A DNA stretch of 64,000 nt from an uncultured Bacteroidales bacterium (GCA_949297125.1 CASFRS010000002.1:55478-119477); one strand, 5' to 3'; positions 45,901 through 59,889 are shown, counted from the stretch's first letter. Made by a program: numbers and translations. The notes: generated by a model from the letters alone, not told the origin.

Positions 45901-47244
45901 TCAATATGCCGCAACCGAACCTGTACGTCCCTTTATCCTTCCCGACTTGAGAAGGCCGTCATAATGGTGCATCATCAGGTGGCTCTCAATCTGCTGCAGG
46001 GTATCCAGAACCACACCTACGATAATCAGGAGGGAGGTTCCGCCGAAGAACTGCGCAAAACCGCTGTTTATACCTGCTATCTGGGCAAAGGCGGGCATTA
46101 TAGCCACCAGTGCGAGGAAGAGCGAGCCCGGCATGGTTATGCGCGACATTATCATGTCTATATACTCGGCCGTCTTCTTTCCGGGCTTGATGCCGGGGAT
46201 GAATCCGTTGTTGCGTTTCATATCCTCAGCCATCTGGTTGGGCTGGATTGTTATGGCCGTGTAGAAGTATGTAAATACCACTATCAGGAAGGCATAAACC
46301 AGGTTGTACCAGAATCCGGTATTGTCCATGAAGGCACGCATGAAGTTGTTCGATGCATTGTCGGCCGAGAATCCCACAATGGTTATGGGGATAAACATTA
46401 TGGCCTGCGCAAAGATTATGGGCATGACGCCGGCAGTATTTACTTTCAGCGGTATATACTGTCTTGCTCCTCCGTACTGCTTGTTCCCCACTATGCGCTT
46501 GGCATACTGTACGGGAACTTTTCTCGTACCCTGAACAAGGAGTATGGAAAGAGCCACGACAAAGAGGAGGAACACGAGTTCGGCGAGGAACATCACCAAA
46601 CCTCCCGACTTTGTGGCAACACGGTTTACGAACTCCAGTCCGAGAGCCTGAGGCAGACGGGCGATAATACCCACGAGGATTATGAACGATATACCGTTAC
46701 CCACACCCTTGTCGGTTATACGCTCGCCGAGCCACATCACGAACATGCTGCCCGCCGCAAGGATAATCGTCGATGTGATTATGAACATGAAATCCGACGG
46801 GAATGCTCCGGCTGCGCCCTGGTTCATCTGAACCTTGAGGTTTATAAGGTAAGAGGGGCCCTGGATCAACAGTATCAGCACCGTAAGATAACGGGTATAC
46901 TGGTTCAGCTTGCGACGCCCGCTTTCACCTTCGCGCTGCAGCTTCTGGAAGTACGGCACTGCCATACCCAGCAGCTGTATCACGATGGAAGCGGAGATAT
47001 AGGGCATTATACCGAGCGCGAAAATGGACGCATTCGAGAATGCCCCTCCCGAGAACATGTCCAGCAGAGCCATAAGGCCGCCGCTGGTCTGTTCCTGAAG
47101 ATGGGCGAGCCCCTGCGGATCGATACCGGGGAGGACCACATACGACCCGATCCTGTACACCATTACGAACAACAGCGTAGTAAGTATCCTGTATCGCAAA
47201 TCCTCTATCTTCCAGATATTTTTTACAGTCTCAATCGCTCTCAT
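45901..47244 (-). CDS. secY: preprotein translocase subunit SecY
   Basis: 447 aa, conserved SecY (LRYRILTTLLFVMVYRIGSYVVLPGID...). Confidence 0.95.
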   Translation of the reverse strand: MRAIETVKNIWKIEDLRYRILTTLLFVMVYRIGSYVVLPGIDPQGLAHLQEQTSGGLMALLDMFSGGAFSNASIFALGIMPYISASIVIQLLGMAVPYFQKLQREGESGRRKLNQYTRYLTVLILLIQGPSYLINLKVQMNQGAAGAFPSDFMFIITSTIILAAGSMFVMWLGERITDKGVGNGISFIILVGIIARLPQALGLEFVNRVATKSGGLVMFLAELVFLLFVVALSILLVQGTRKVPVQYAKRIVGNKQYGGARQYIPLKVNTAGVMPIIFAQAIMFIPITIVGFSADNASNNFMRAFMDNTGFWYNLVYAFLIVVFTYFYTAITIQPNQMAEDMKRNNGFIPGIKPGKKTAEYIDMIMSRITMPGSLFLALVAIMPAFAQIAGINSGFAQFFGGTSLLIIVGVVLDTLQQIESHLMMHHYDGLLKSGRIKGRTGSVAAY

Positions 47245-47248
47245 AAAA

Positions 47249-47695
47249 TCAGAGTTTTACTATTGTTCCACCAGCTGCGGTAATAGCTGCCTCGCCCGAT
47301 TTGGAGAAAGCATCTGCCGTAACCTCGAGTTTTGCTGTAAGGGTACCGCCGCCGAGTATCTTAACCTTCTGGCCCTTGTTCACCATACCGGCCTCGATAA
47401 GCGTATCTACGCTTATTTTGTCCAGTTTGTTGGCCTCGGCGATAGCCTGCAGCACACCCACGTTGATAGCCTTATACTCAACACGGTTGATATTCTTGAA
47501 ACCGAATTTGGGGAGACGGCGCTGAAGCGGCATCTGTCCTCCCTCGAACCCTATTTTGTTCTTGTAACCCGAACGCTGTTTGGCACCTTTATGACCTCTG
47601 GTAGAAGTACCGCCCAAACCCGAACCGGGACCGCGGCCTATTCTCTTGCGCGACTTGGTAGAGCCAGCAGCAGGTTTTAAATTACTTAAGTTCAT
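47249..47695 (-). CDS. rplO: 50S ribosomal protein L15
   Basis: MNLSNLKPAAGSTKSRKRIGRGPGSGLGGTSTRGHKG is conserved uL15. Confidence 0.95.
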   Translation of the reverse strand: MNLSNLKPAAGSTKSRKRIGRGPGSGLGGTSTRGHKGAKQRSGYKNKIGFEGGQMPLQRRLPKFGFKNINRVEYKAINVGVLQAIAEANKLDKISVDTLIEAGMVNKGQKVKILGGGTLTAKLEVTADAFSKSGEAAITAAGGTIVKL

Positions 47696-47731
47696 ATCTA
47701 TTTACTCTTTTTTCTTAAATCAAAAAACTGT

Positions 47732-47905
47732 TTATTCAACAACAACCAGGTGCTTTACCTTGTCCACCATCCCGAGAATCTGGGGGGTAGCTTCGTGTTC
47801 AACCGTCTGGTTAAGTTTGTGCAATCCCAAAGCATCGAGGGTTCTCTTCTGAACAGCGGGACATTTGATTCTACTTTTTACCTGTTTAATCTTTATTGTC
47901 TTCAT
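47732..47905 (-). CDS. rpmD: 50S ribosomal protein L30
   Basis: Below the ORF-track cutoff. Hand translation gives MKTIKIKQVKSRIKCPAVQKRTLDALGLHKLNQTVEHEATPQILGMVDKVKHLVVVE (57 aa). Confidence 0.9.
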   Translation of the reverse strand: MKTIKIKQVKSRIKCPAVQKRTLDALGLHKLNQTVEHEATPQILGMVDKVKHLVVVE

Positions 47906-47925
47906 CTTTCTTCTGTTCCTTTAAG

Positions 47926-48444
47926 TTAACCTTTAAATACTTTTTCAACAGACACGCCTCTGTTCTGGGCCACCATTGCAGCGTCGCGCAGTTCTGCGAG
48001 CGCGTTGAAGGTAGCCTTCACGAGGTTGTGGGGATTCGACGAGCCTTTCGATTTGGCCAGCACGTCGGTTACTCCTACGCTTTCAAGTACGGCGCGCATT
48101 GCACCACCGGCCTTTACTCCGGTACCGTGCGAAGCGGGTTTGATATAAACCAGTGCACCGCCGAACTTGGCAAGCTGGTCGTGGGGGATTGTCCCTTTCA
48201 GCAAAGGCACCTTTATAAGGTTCTTCTTTGCCGCCTCAACACCCTTGGCAATGGCTGCGGTTACCTCGCTGGCCTTACCCAGACCGTAACCTACCACACC
48301 TTTTCCGTCGCCGACTACCACAATAGCCGAGAAACTGAAGGTACGTCCACCTTTGGTAACTTTCGTTACACGATTAATGTGAACCAATCTGTCTTTCAAA
48401 TCCAAGTCGTTAGTCGACTTTACTCTATTATACTTTATCGCCAT
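47926..48444 (-). CDS. rpsE: 30S ribosomal protein S5
   Basis: Conserved uS5 ([29 protein letters not shown]). Confidence 0.95.
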   Translation of the reverse strand: MAIKYNRVKSTNDLDLKDRLVHINRVTKVTKGGRTFSFSAIVVVGDGKGVVGYGLGKASEVTAAIAKGVEAAKKNLIKVPLLKGTIPHDQLAKFGGALVYIKPASHGTGVKAGGAMRAVLESVGVTDVLAKSKGSSNPHNLVKATFNALAELRDAAMVAQNRGVSVEKVFKG

Positions 48445-48450
48445 TGTCGT

Positions 48451-48792
48451 TTAAAATTTAAGTCCACCCTTGCGAGCTGCATCAGCGAGCTCTTTTACAC
48501 GGCCATGGTAAAGGTAACCGTTACGGTCGAATACAACCGATGTAATACCTGCTTCCTTAGCCTTCTTAGCTATTAATTCTCCAACTTGTGCAGCAGCAGC
48601 CTTGTTGTCGCCGTCGGCGAGACCTTTCGACGAAGCGGCAGCCAGCGTCTTGCCTGCCAAGTCGTCTATTATCTGAACATAAATCTGCTTGTTGCTCCTG
48701 AAAACCGTCATGCGGGGAGTCTCGGCAGTCCCCGAAATCTTACCACGTATGCGGGTTTTAATCTTTATTCTTCTTTCTAATTTGGTCATCAT
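48451..48792 (-). CDS. rplR: 50S ribosomal protein L18
   Basis: Conserved uL18 ([19 protein letters not shown]...[20 protein letters not shown]). Confidence 0.95.
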   Translation of the reverse strand: MMTKLERRIKIKTRIRGKISGTAETPRMTVFRSNKQIYVQIIDDLAGKTLAAASSKGLADGDNKAAAAQVGELIAKKAKEAGITSVVFDRNGYLYHGRVKELADAARKGGLKF

Positions 48793-48815
48793 GATACTAC
48801 CTATTTATACGTGAA

Positions 48816-49370
48816 TTACTTAGCCGCAGCCGATTTTCCGGATTTCCTGCGTATGTACTCGCCCACAAACTTGATACCTTTACCCTTGTACGGTTCGGGC
48901 TTGCGCAACGAACGTATCTTGGCACATATAAGGCCGAGCAGTTCCTTGTCGCACGATTCGAGCGTTATAAGCGGGTTCTTGTTACGTTCCGATTTGGCTT
49001 CTACTTTCACCTCTTTCGGCAACTTTATATATATTTCGTGGGAATAGCCCAACGACAATTTCAACACCTGTCCGTTGTGTTCGGCACGATAACCTACGCC
49101 GACCAACTCCAACTCTTTCTTGTACCCTTCCGACACGCCTACAACCATATTGTGGATCAATGCGCGGTAGAGTCCGTGCAATGCACGTGAAGCTTTCATA
49201 TCATCAGGACGAGTTACGGTAACTGTACCGTTATCGACATTTACGGCTATTCCGCCGGTAATGGTCTGGGAAAGTTCGCCTTTGGGGCCTTTTACCGAAA
49301 CCGTATCATCCTTAACCGTTACTGTTACGCCGGCGGGGATATGTATTGGCAATTTTCCTATTCTTGACAT
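48816..49370 (-). CDS. rplF: 50S ribosomal protein L6
   Basis: MSRIGKLPIHIPAGVTVTV is conserved uL6. Confidence 0.95.
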   Translation of the reverse strand: MSRIGKLPIHIPAGVTVTVKDDTVSVKGPKGELSQTITGGIAVNVDNGTVTVTRPDDMKASRALHGLYRALIHNMVVGVSEGYKKELELVGVGYRAEHNGQVLKLSLGYSHEIYIKLPKEVKVEAKSERNKNPLITLESCDKELLGLICAKIRSLRKPEPYKGKGIKFVGEYIRRKSGKSAAAK

Positions 49371-49389
49371 AATTTATCTCCTCCTTCAA

Positions 49390-49785
49390 TTAATATACGT
49401 AACACAAAACTTCGCCGCCAACCATCTGTTCGCGAGCTTCCTTATCTGTCATAACACCTTTGGATGTGGAGATAATCGCTATCCCCAAACCGTTGAGAAC
49501 GCGGGGCAACTGTTTGTGTCCGGCGTACTTGCGCATACCGGGCGATGAAACACGCTGCAGTTTCTTGATTGCGTTCACTTTATTTACCGGGTCGTACTTG
49601 AGGGCAATCTTTATGGTACCCTGCGGACCTTCCTCTACAAACTTGTAATTAAGAATGTAACCTTTGTCGAAAAGGATTTTAGTGATTTCTTTCTTCAGGT
49701 TGGAAGCGGGAACCTCAACCACGTTGTGGCGGGCCTTTATGGCATTTCTCAACCTTGTAAGATAATCTGCTATTGGATCAGTCAT
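49390..49785 (-). CDS. rpsH: 30S ribosomal protein S8
   Basis: MTDPIADYLTRLRNAIKA is conserved uS8. Confidence 0.95.
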   Translation of the reverse strand: MTDPIADYLTRLRNAIKARHNVVEVPASNLKKEITKILFDKGYILNYKFVEEGPQGTIKIALKYDPVNKVNAIKKLQRVSSPGMRKYAGHKQLPRVLNGLGIAIISTSKGVMTDKEAREQMVGGEVLCYVY

Positions 49786-49847
49786 AAAAATAATTGTTTA
49801 AATTGATTCGGACTTCCCGAACAATATTTAATTAACACTTGAAATTT

Positions 49848-50117
49848 CTACCAGCTTGCTTTCTTTACACCCGGAATTAATCCCTGCGATGCCATTTCGC
49901 GGAATTGTATACGCGAAATGCCGAACTGACGCATGTACCCTTTGGGTCGTCCCGTAATTTTGCAGCGGTTGTGCAACCTTACGCGCGATGCGTTGCGGGG
50001 AAGCAACTGAAGCGCCTCATAGTTGCCTTCTGCCTTGAGCTGAGCTTTCTTTGCAGCGTACTTGGCTACTAACTTGGCTCTCTTCACTTCACGGGCCTTC
50101 ATTGATTCTTTTGCCAT
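49848..50117 (-). CDS. rpsN: 30S ribosomal protein S14
   Basis: [20 protein letters not shown]...[21 protein letters not shown] is conserved uS14. Confidence 0.95.
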   Translation of the reverse strand: MAKESMKAREVKRAKLVAKYAAKKAQLKAEGNYEALQLLPRNASRVRLHNRCKITGRPKGYMRQFGISRIQFREMASQGLIPGVKKASW

Positions 50118-50120
50118 ATC

Positions 50121-50678
50121 TTAGCTCTTTTTGATGTTTTTGAAAGGTAAACCGAACTCTTTTAACAAAGCATAACCCTCTTCGTCGGTATTGGCCGAAG
50201 TAACGAAAGTTATGTTCATACCGGCTATCTTGCTGATAGCGTCGATGTTTATTTCCGGGAAGATTATCTGCTCACGGATACCGAGCGTATAATTTCCGTT
50301 ACCGTCGAGTTTGCTCTCGATACCTTTAAAGTCGCGGATACGGGGCAGAGCCACGCGAACCAGACGCTCGAGGAACTCGTACATTCTCTCGCGGCGGAGG
50401 GTAACCATAACGCCGATAGGCATCTTCTTACGAACCTTAAAGTTTGATATGTCCTTGCGGGAGAGGGTAGCAACCGCTTTCTGCCCTGCTATTGCAGTAA
50501 GTTCGGCAATTGCCGTGTCGATAATCTTCTTATCGCCCGTGGCATCGCCCAGACCCTGATTGAGGACGATTTTCTTCAAAACCGGTACCTGCATCACGGT
50601 AGAGTAGTTGAACTCTTTCATCAAAGCGGGGACGATTCTCTCCTTATAATCTTTCTTGAGATTTGCTGTTGCGCTCAT
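50121..50678 (-). CDS. rplE: 50S ribosomal protein L5
   Basis: Conserved uL5. It forms a TAATG overlap with the rplX stop. Confidence 0.95.
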   Translation of the reverse strand: MSATANLKKDYKERIVPALMKEFNYSTVMQVPVLKKIVLNQGLGDATGDKKIIDTAIAELTAIAGQKAVATLSRKDISNFKVRKKMPIGVMVTLRRERMYEFLERLVRVALPRIRDFKGIESKLDGNGNYTLGIREQIIFPEINIDAISKIAGMNITFVTSANTDEEGYALLKEFGLPFKNIKKS

Positions 50679-50998
50679 TATTTAATCTCCTCTCCTGATT
50701 TTTTAGAATAACGTACTAATTTGCCCGATTCATCCTTGCGGCGACCTATACGGGTGGCTTTCTTGGTCTTGGGGTCCACCACGTTAAGATTGGAAAGGTG
50801 AATAGGGGCCTCCTTTTTCACTATGCCTCCCTGGGGAGCCTTGGCATTAGGCTTGGTATGCTTCGATACCATATTGACACCCTCTACAATTGCACGGCCC
50901 TTGCTTACGAGCACCTTGAGCACGCGGCCGGTAGCTCCTTTGTCGTCGCCCGCATTTACGTAAACGGTATCGCCTTTTTTAATGTGTAACTTACTCAT
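50678..50998 (-). CDS. rplX: 50S ribosomal protein L24
   Basis: [21 protein letters not shown] is conserved uL24. Confidence 0.95.
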   Translation of the reverse strand: MSKLHIKKGDTVYVNAGDDKGATGRVLKVLVSKGRAIVEGVNMVSKHTKPNAKAPQGGIVKKEAPIHLSNLNVVDPKTKKATRIGRRKDESGKLVRYSKKSGEEIK

Positions 50999-51019
50999 TA
51001 GTCTTTACTTTTTAGCTTG

Positions 51020-51385
51020 TTAAAGAACCTCGGGTGCCAACGAAACAATTTTCATATTTGTCGCACGCAGCTCGCGGGCCACTGGACCGAAAATACGGCT
51101 GCCTCTTATTTCGCCCGCATTGTTTAATAATACGCAGGCATTATCGTCGAAGCGTATATAGGAACCGTCCGCACGACGTATCTCCTTTTTGGTACGCACG
51201 ACAACAGCCTTCGATACGGCGCCTTTCTTCATGTCGCTCGACGGTATTACGCTCTTCACCGAAACCACTATCACGTCGCCAATGCTTGCGTAGCGTCTTC
51301 CGGTACCGCCCAAAACGCGAATACAAAGTGCCTCTTTTGCTCCACTGTTATCTGCCACAGTAAGTCTCGACTCTTGTTGTATCAT
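51020..51385 (-). CDS. rplN: 50S ribosomal protein L14
   Basis: [27 protein letters not shown] is conserved uL14. Confidence 0.95.
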   Translation of the reverse strand: MIQQESRLTVADNSGAKEALCIRVLGGTGRRYASIGDVIVVSVKSVIPSSDMKKGAVSKAVVVRTKKEIRRADGSYIRFDDNACVLLNNAGEIRGSRIFGPVARELRATNMKIVSLAPEVL

Positions 51386-51387
51386 AA

Positions 51388-51645
51388 TTATTTAGCTTTT
51401 TCAACGATTTCAACTACTCTCCATCTCTTCATTTTGCTCAACGGGCGAGTCTCCATCAGCCTTACGGTATCACCGATATTGCACTCGTTTTTCTCATCGT
51501 GAGCATGGTATTTCTTTGTCTTGTTGACAAACTTACCGTATATGGGGTGTTTCTCTTTCCACTGAACAGCAACCGTAACGCTTTTTTCCATTTTGTTGCT
51601 AGTAACAACCCCGATTCTCTCTTTTCTGATATTTCTTTTTTCCAT
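51388..51645 (-). CDS. rpsQ: 30S ribosomal protein S17
   Basis: Conserved uS17 ([16 protein letters not shown]...HPIYGKF...YHAHDE). Confidence 0.95.
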   Translation of the reverse strand: MEKRNIRKERIGVVTSNKMEKSVTVAVQWKEKHPIYGKFVNKTKKYHAHDEKNECNIGDTVRLMETRPLSKMKRWRVVEIVEKAK

Positions 51646-51657
51646 TAGGCTTATCGG

Positions 51658-51852
51658 TTATGCGTTAAGTTCTCTTCTACGCAACTCGCTCATCATGCGT
51701 GCGATTTCCCTGCGCGACTGCTTAATCTGAGCGGGGTTGTCCAGAGGAGAAATACTATGATTGATTTCCATACGATTAAGGGCAGTCTTGGCTGCTTCCA
51801 ATCTCTCTACCAACTCTTTAGTGGGGAGTTCCTTTATTTCTGCAATCTTCAT
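51658..51852 (-). CDS. rpmC: 50S ribosomal protein L29
   Basis: 64 aa, conserved uL29, in position between rplP and rpsQ. Confidence 0.92.
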   Translation of the reverse strand: MKIAEIKELPTKELVERLEAAKTALNRMEINHSISPLDNPAQIKQSRREIARMMSELRRRELNA

Positions 51853-51868
51853 ACTCTTAATCCTCCTT

Positions 51869-52300
51869 CTATACGTTCAAACTTTCGTCGTAGTCGCGAC
51901 GGATGATAAACTTGGTAGTTACGGGCAACTTCTGGGCACCGAGGCGCAATGCCTCCTTAGCCACCTCGAACGGTACACCGTCCACCTCAATAAGTATGCG
52001 GCCGGGAGTAACCGGAGCGACAAACCCTTCGGGAGCACCTTTACCTTTACCCATACGTACCTCGGCAGGTTTCTTGGTAATCGGCTTGTCCGGGAATATC
52101 CTTATCCATATCTGTCCCTGACGCTGCATATAACGCGTAACGGCCACACGGGCAGCCTCAATCTGGCGTCCGGTAATCCATTTCGACTGCAAACACTTTA
52201 TACCAAAAGACCCGAAAGCGAGCTCGTTACCGCGCTGGGCGACACCTTTCATGCGTCCTTTCTGCTGCCTTCTGAATTTTGTTTTCTTAGGTTGTAACAT
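51869..52300 (-). CDS. rplP: 50S ribosomal protein L16
   Basis: [19 protein letters not shown] is conserved uL16. Confidence 0.95.
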   Translation of the reverse strand: MLQPKKTKFRRQQKGRMKGVAQRGNELAFGSFGIKCLQSKWITGRQIEAARVAVTRYMQRQGQIWIRIFPDKPITKKPAEVRMGKGKGAPEGFVAPVTPGRILIEVDGVPFEVAKEALRLGAQKLPVTTKFIIRRDYDESLNV

Positions 52301-52322
52301 CTTATGTCAGTTTTTTCTTAAT

Positions 52323-53063
52323 TTACTTTTTGTTCTTCTTGAACCCCTTTTTCTGATTCATCCCCTGCGAAGAAGAATTTCCGCGCGACTCTTTCTGGGC
52401 GGTGAACGAAGGAGCCAAATCCTTCTTGCCGTAAACCTCGCCACGGCAAATCCACACCTTGATACCTATAAGGCCCACCTTGGTAAGAGCCTCGCCGAGG
52501 GCGTAGTCTATATCGGCACGGAGGGTGTGCAGCGGGGTGCGGCCTTCCTTGTACATCTCCGAACGCGCCATTTCGGCCCCGTTCAGACGGCCCGATATCT
52601 GAATCTTTATACCTTCGGCACCGGCGCGCATGGTATTTGCAATAGCCGTCTTGATTGCGCGGCGGTAAGCCATCTTGCCTTCAATCTGGCGGGCGATGGT
52701 GTTTGCAACTATAACAGCGTCGAACTCGGGTTTCTTTATCTCATGGATATTTATCTGAATATCCTTGTCGGTCTTGTCGGTTATCTTCTTCAACTCTTCC
52801 TTGAGCTTGTCAACCTCCTGGCCTCCCTTGCCTATAACCATACCCGGACGCGAAGTGCAGATGGTAATGATTATAAGTTTCAGCGTACGCTCTATTATTA
52901 TGCGTGAAACGCCGTTCGCCTTCGACAGACGGGCATTCAGGTATTTACGGATTTTGCTGTCTTCAAGCAATTTGTCGCCGTACTTATCACCGCCATACCA
53001 GTTGGAATCCCAACCTCTGATGATTCCCAAACGGTTACTTATCGGATTAACTTTCTGTCCCAT
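52323..53063 (-). CDS. rpsC: 30S ribosomal protein S3
   Basis: The ATG at 53063 gives [20 protein letters not shown]. The track ORF carries a 14-codon extension that overlaps rplV. Confidence 0.95.
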   Translation of the reverse strand: MGQKVNPISNRLGIIRGWDSNWYGGDKYGDKLLEDSKIRKYLNARLSKANGVSRIIIERTLKLIIITICTSRPGMVIGKGGQEVDKLKEELKKITDKTDKDIQINIHEIKKPEFDAVIVANTIARQIEGKMAYRRAIKTAIANTMRAGAEGIKIQISGRLNGAEMARSEMYKEGRTPLHTLRADIDYALGEALTKVGLIGIKVWICRGEVYGKKDLAPSFTAQKESRGNSSSQGMNQKKGFKKNKK

Positions 53064-53067
53064 CTGC

Positions 53068-53478
53068 TTACTCTTGATTTTCGTTTTTAGTTTTTGTATC
53101 AACAAACAAAGTTACGTGATTGGAACGTTTGCGTATTCTGTAACCGCGACCCTGCGGCGCCGGACGCAGACGTTTCAGCATGGCAGCGCAATCCACATAG
53201 ATTTCGGAGATATAAAGTTCTCCGCTCTCTGCCTTGCGTTCGTTCTTCTGTTCCCAGTTGGCAATGGCGGAACGCAGTAATTTTTCCACACGTGCCGAAG
53301 CCTCCTTGGTAGAGAATTTCAGTACGCCCAAAGCCTTGAACACCTCCATGCCTCTCACCATATCGGCAACCAGACGCATCTTACGCGGCGAGGTAGGGAC
53401 ATTGTTCAGCTTGGCGAAACTCTTCTCTTTAAGAGCCTCTTTCCTTTTTTCGGCTGATTGTCTTTTTCTTGCACCCAT
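53068..53478 (-). CDS. rplV: 50S ribosomal protein L22
   Basis: Conserved uL22 ([14 protein letters not shown]...[13 protein letters not shown]). Confidence 0.95.
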   Translation of the reverse strand: MGARKRQSAEKRKEALKEKSFAKLNNVPTSPRKMRLVADMVRGMEVFKALGVLKFSTKEASARVEKLLRSAIANWEQKNERKAESGELYISEIYVDCAAMLKRLRPAPQGRGYRIRKRSNHVTLFVDTKTKNENQE

Positions 53479-53526
53479 TTTATTCTATTTTTTACTTATT
53501 TTATTTTTAGTTTCCCTCAATGCAGA

Positions 53527-53796
53527 TTATTTTTTCTTGTTGCCTGCATGACCGCGGAATATGCGTGTCGGGGCGAACTCGCCCAGTTTGTGTCCCACCA
53601 TATTCTCGGTTACGTATACGGGAATAAACTTATTACCATTGTGAACTGCGAACGTATGACCCACGAAATCGGGCGAAATCATGGATGCACGCGACCATGT
53701 CTTGATTACCGACTTCTTGCCGGAAGCATCCATGGCTGCGATTTTCTTCTCGAGTTTCACACTGATAAACGGTCCTTTTTTTAATGAACGACTCAT
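53527..53796 (-). CDS. rpsS: 30S ribosomal protein S19
   Basis: [19 protein letters not shown] is conserved uS19. Confidence 0.95.
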   Translation of the reverse strand: MSRSLKKGPFISVKLEKKIAAMDASGKKSVIKTWSRASMISPDFVGHTFAVHNGNKFIPVYVTENMVGHKLGEFAPTRIFRGHAGNKKK

Positions 53797-53815
53797 AATT
53801 ATCTAATTATACAAA

Positions 53816-54640
53816 TTATTTTTTCCTTCTTTCTATAATATACTTCGAAGACTGTTTCTTCGGAGCTCTCGTCTTGAGACCCTTGGCGTAAAGGCCCTTG
53901 CGCGAACGGGGATGTCCTCCCGATGCACGTCCTTCACCACCACCCATCGGGTGATCGACAGGGTTCATAACCACACCGCGGTTGCGGGGACGGCGGCCGA
54001 GCCAACGCGAACGGCCGGCCTTGCCGGACTGCTCGAGGGCGTGGTCGGAGTTGCCAACCGTACCGATTGTAGCCTTGCACGTAGCAAGTATTTTACGGGT
54101 CTCACCCGAAGGTAATTTGATAATTGCATATTTCCCTTCTCGCGAAGTCAACTGTGCGAATACGCCGGCCGAACGTACCAGCGCGGCACCCTGACCGGGA
54201 CGCAGCTCTATATTGTGGATAACCGTACCAACGGGTATATCCTGCAAATAAAGCGTATTTCCCACTTCAGGAGCTGCTTTTTCGCCCGACATAACTGTCG
54301 CTCCCACTTCAAGACCGTTGGGCGCAATGATATAGCGCTTCTCGCCGTCGGCATAATACAGCAGAGCGATACGCGACGAACGGTTAGGATCGTACTCTAT
54401 CGATTTTACTGTTGCCGGCACACCGTCTTTATTTCTCTTGAAGTCGATAATCCTGTATTTGCGCTTATGGCCGCCGCCGATGTAACGCATTGTCAAATGC
54501 CCCTCGTTGTTGCGACCGCCTGTACTTCTCTTACCGACAACAAGCGATTTTTCTGGTGCGGTAGCAGTTATTTTATCGAACGCACCAATAATCTTGTGTC
54601 TTTGCCCCGGTGTTGTGGGCTTCAATTTACGTACTGCCAT
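53816..54640 (-). CDS. rplB: 50S ribosomal protein L2
   Basis: [17 protein letters not shown] is conserved uL2. Confidence 0.95.
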   Translation of the reverse strand: MAVRKLKPTTPGQRHKIIGAFDKITATAPEKSLVVGKRSTGGRNNEGHLTMRYIGGGHKRKYRIIDFKRNKDGVPATVKSIEYDPNRSSRIALLYYADGEKRYIIAPNGLEVGATVMSGEKAAPEVGNTLYLQDIPVGTVIHNIELRPGQGAALVRSAGVFAQLTSREGKYAIIKLPSGETRKILATCKATIGTVGNSDHALEQSGKAGRSRWLGRRPRNRGVVMNPVDHPMGGGEGRASGGHPRSRKGLYAKGLKTRAPKKQSSKYIIERRKK

Positions 54641-54647
54641 TTTCTAC

Positions 54648-54938
54648 TTAAATATTGCTATAAAAATCTATTGATTCACCCTCTTTCAATGTAACCAAAG
54701 CCTTTTTGAAAGCAGAGGTCTTTCCCTGTATAAGCCCCGACTTCGTATAACGGCTCTTGTTCTTGCCCTTATAGTTGATCGTATTTACCGCAACCACGGT
54801 AACATTATACATCTCCTCTACGGCTTTTTTAATTTCAGGTTTATTTGCTTCGGGACTCACACGAAACCCGTACCGGTTGAGTTTCTCCGATATGCGGGTC
54901 ATTTTTTCAGTAACAATCGGTTTAATAATTATTGCCAT
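54648..54938 (-). CDS. rplW: 50S ribosomal protein L23
   Basis: 96 aa, conserved uL23, in position between rplD and rplB. Confidence 0.93.
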   Translation of the reverse strand: MAIIIKPIVTEKMTRISEKLNRYGFRVSPEANKPEIKKAVEEMYNVTVVAVNTINYKGKNKSRYTKSGLIQGKTSAFKKALVTLKEGESIDFYSNI

Positions 54939-54956
54939 TTTTCGTGCCTCCTTACA

Positions 54957-55577
54957 TTAAAATTCATTAACAACAGCTACAGAACTCTCGAAAAGAACTA
55001 CGTTTTCGCAGTCGAGAATCCCGTAAGTATTTAATTCCGAAGCAGTTACAACTTTAGCTTTCGGGAGATTGCGAGCCGACAAATATACATTTTTATTTTG
55101 ATCTGATAAAACTAAAAGTAACTTTTTATCAGCAAGTTGTAAATTCTTTACAATTTCGATGAACTCTTTTGTTTTGGGAGCCTCGAAATTAAAATCCTCG
55201 ACAACCTTTATTGCATTGTCCGCCGCCTTTGATGAAAGGGCCGACTTGCGGGCCAAAGCCTTTACCTTTTTATTGAGCTTGAAGCTGTAATCCCTGGGTT
55301 TCGGGCCGAAAACGCGGCCTCCGCCAACCATTACCGGCGAATTGATATCCCCGCTGCGGGCGCCGCCAGTACCTTTCTGTCTTTTCAGTTTGCGGGTACT
55401 TCCCGATATTTCGCTTCTCTCTTTCGATTTGTGAGTTCCCTGACGGTTGTTGGCCATAAACTGCTTCACGGCCATGTAAACGGCATGCTCGTTGGGCTCA
55501 ATGCCGAACACCGCATCGTTCAACGTAACCTTTTTTCCGGTATCCTCACCTTTGATGTTAAATACGTTCAGTTCCAT
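54957..55577 (-). CDS. rplD: 50S ribosomal protein L4
   Basis: 206 aa, conserved uL4 ([30 protein letters not shown]). It forms a TAATG overlap with the rplC stop. Confidence 0.95.
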   Translation of the reverse strand: MELNVFNIKGEDTGKKVTLNDAVFGIEPNEHAVYMAVKQFMANNRQGTHKSKERSEISGSTRKLKRQKGTGGARSGDINSPVMVGGGRVFGPKPRDYSFKLNKKVKALARKSALSSKAADNAIKVVEDFNFEAPKTKEFIEIVKNLQLADKKLLLVLSDQNKNVYLSARNLPKAKVVTASELNTYGILDCENVVLFESSVAVVNEF

Positions 55578-56194
55578 TACTTTTCTACTATTACGATTGA
55601 ACCTTTACTGCCCGGTATAGAACCTTTAACCATTAAAAGATTGTGTTCCGGAATTACTTTAATCACTTTCAAGTTCTGTACGGTAACCCTCTGGTTGCCT
55701 GTCTGGCCGGCCATGCGCGTACCTTTGAACACGCGTGCCGGATACGAACATGCACCTATGGAACCGGGAGCGCGCAGACGGTTGTGCTGGCCGTGGGTAG
55801 TCTGTCCAACGCCGCCGAAACCGTGGCGTTTTACAACGCCCTGATACCCTTTTCCCTTGGAGATTCCGACAATATCGACGAAATCGTCTTCGCTGAAGAA
55901 ATCGACAGCGATAACGTCGCCCAACTTATACTCCGATTCAAACCCTTTGAACTCGGCCAAGTGTCTCTTGGGAGTTACGCCGCTCTTTTTGAAATGGCCC
56001 ATTTCGGGTTTTGTGGTATGTTTCTCCTTCTTGTCCTCGAAACCTACCTGAACAGCCTCATAGCCGTCCTTTTCCATAGTTTTGAGCTGTGTAACAACGC
56101 AAGGACCTACTTCGATAACAGTGCATGGCACATTTACGCCCTCGGCACTGAATACGGATGTCATTCCGATTTTCTTTCCTAATAATCCTGGCAT
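55577..56194 (-). CDS. rplC: 50S ribosomal protein L3
   Basis: [15 protein letters not shown] is conserved uL3. Confidence 0.95.
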   Translation of the reverse strand: MPGLLGKKIGMTSVFSAEGVNVPCTVIEVGPCVVTQLKTMEKDGYEAVQVGFEDKKEKHTTKPEMGHFKKSGVTPKRHLAEFKGFESEYKLGDVIAVDFFSEDDFVDIVGISKGKGYQGVVKRHGFGGVGQTTHGQHNRLRAPGSIGACSYPARVFKGTRMAGQTGNQRVTVQNLKVIKVIPEHNLLMVKGSIPGSKGSIVIVEK

Positions 56195-56220
56195 TTCTCT
56201 GTTAGTTTAAAAATGTGATT

Positions 56221-56532
56221 CTACAATTTTATCTCTACATCCACACCGCTGGGCAATTCCAGTTTCATCAGAGCCTCTACGGCTTTCGACGATGTGTTGA
56301 ATATCTCTATCTCTATCAGGCGGCGATAGAAAGAGAGCTCGAACTGTTCACGCGATTTCTTGTTTACGAACGTCGAACGGTTCACGGTAAATATTCTCTT
56401 GCGCGTAGGCAGAGGGATAGGACCTTTTACCACTGCGCCGGTAGCTTTCACCGTTTTTACGATTTTCTCGGCCGATTTGTCAACCAGCGTATGATCGTAG
56501 GATTTCAGTTTGATTCTTATTTTTGAATTCAT
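56221..56532 (-). CDS. rpsJ: 30S ribosomal protein S10
   Basis: [21 protein letters not shown] is conserved uS10. Confidence 0.95.
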   Translation of the reverse strand: MNSKIRIKLKSYDHTLVDKSAEKIVKTVKATGAVVKGPIPLPTRKRIFTVNRSTFVNKKSREQFELSFYRRLIEIEIFNTSSKAVEALMKLELPSGVDVEIKL

Positions 56533-56556
56533 ATCGTTTGAGACATTATTGATTTA

Positions 56557-58680
<2,124 letters not shown>

Positions 58681-58687
58681 CTTTCAA

Positions 58688-59161
58688 TTAAAATCTAAAG
58701 TGAGCAAACGCACGGTTAGCCTCGGCCATTTTGTGCATGTCCTCTTTACGTTTAAATGCTCCGCCCTGGTTGTTGTAGGCATCCATTATCTCGGCTGCAA
58801 GTTTGTCGGCCATGGTTTTGCCGCCTCTCTTGCGGGCATATAATATCAAGTTTTTCATTGAGATTGACTCTTTGCGATCCGGACGGATTTCCGTAGGAAC
58901 CTGGAATGTGGCTCCGCCCACGCGACGCGACTTCACCTCTACCTGAGGGGTTATGTTTTCCAGTGCTTTTTTCCAGATATCAAGCACGGGCTCTTCGGAA
59001 TTCATCTTCGCCTTTACCATGTCAAGTGCGGAATAGAATATAGTATAGGCGGTATTCTTCTTCCCGTCGTACATCAGATGGTTCACGAATTTTGAAACCT
59101 TTACATCACTGAAGACAGGATCGGGCAATACGATCCTTTTCTTTGGTTTTGCTTTTCTCAT
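58688..59161 (-). CDS. rpsG: 30S ribosomal protein S7
   Basis: [30 protein letters not shown] is conserved uS7. Confidence 0.95.
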   Translation of the reverse strand: MRKAKPKKRIVLPDPVFSDVKVSKFVNHLMYDGKKNTAYTIFYSALDMVKAKMNSEEPVLDIWKKALENITPQVEVKSRRVGGATFQVPTEIRPDRKESISMKNLILYARKRGGKTMADKLAAEIMDAYNNQGGAFKRKEDMHKMAEANRAFAHFRF

Positions 59162-59329
59162 CTTAAAAAATTTATCGTTCTTGTTCTTGGTTGCTTTTCA
59201 CATCTTCAACGGCATCCCCCGATGCCATTTACTCAACCGAATCAGCCTATCCAAAAAACTAGAAAATAGTTTTACAACTATGTTTTAATTTCTCTTGGCG
59301 TTGTCTTTTTGTTTAATCAGGCGCAACAA

Positions 59330-59713
59330 CTATTTCTTGCCTGCTTTGGGACGTTTTGCTCCGTATTTCGAGCGACGCTGGGTACGGTTTGCAACACCTG
59401 CGGTATCGAGCGTACCGCGCACTATATGGTAACGTACACCGGGGAGGTCCTTTACACGGCCGCCGCGTACCATTACTATAGAGTGTTCCTGCAAATTGTG
59501 TCCTTCACCCGGGATATAAGAGTTTACCTCTTTGCCGTTTGTCAGACGAACCCTTGCCACTTTACGCATTGCGGAGTTAGGTTTCTTGGGGGTCGTGGTG
59601 TAAACCCTGACGCAGACACCGCGTCTTTGCGGACACGAATCGAGAGCGGGAGATTTACTTTTGTCCTCCAAAGCTACCCTTCCTTTCCTTACTAATTGCT
59701 GAATTGTAGGCAT
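59330..59713 (-). CDS. rpsL: 30S ribosomal protein S12
   Basis: [12 protein letters not shown]...[16 protein letters not shown] is conserved uS12. Confidence 0.96.
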   Translation of the reverse strand: MPTIQQLVRKGRVALEDKSKSPALDSCPQRRGVCVRVYTTTPKKPNSAMRKVARVRLTNGKEVNSYIPGEGHNLQEHSIVMVRGGRVKDLPGVRYHIVRGTLDTAGVANRTQRRSKYGAKRPKAGKK

Positions 59714-59857
59714 CTCTTAGAACTTTTTTAACTTTTTAGTTTATACTATTGTTTAACTCATCAAATGCTTTTATCAACGCACAACAATACGCGGTATTCT
59801 CCTGACCACCAGACAAATGCGGATACAGACCGGTATTTTTTGCCGTCAAAAACAGCG

Positions 59858-59889
59858 CAAAGATACAAACTAATCCGCTAATAGCCAAA
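59858..59889 (-). promoter_or_regulatory. promoter of the rpsL-led ribosomal operon
   Basis: Minus strand TTTG (59889-59886), a 20-nt spacer, then TATCTTTG (59865-59858). This is a full consensus match and implies a leader of about 140 nt before the rpsL ATG. Confidence 0.5.
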
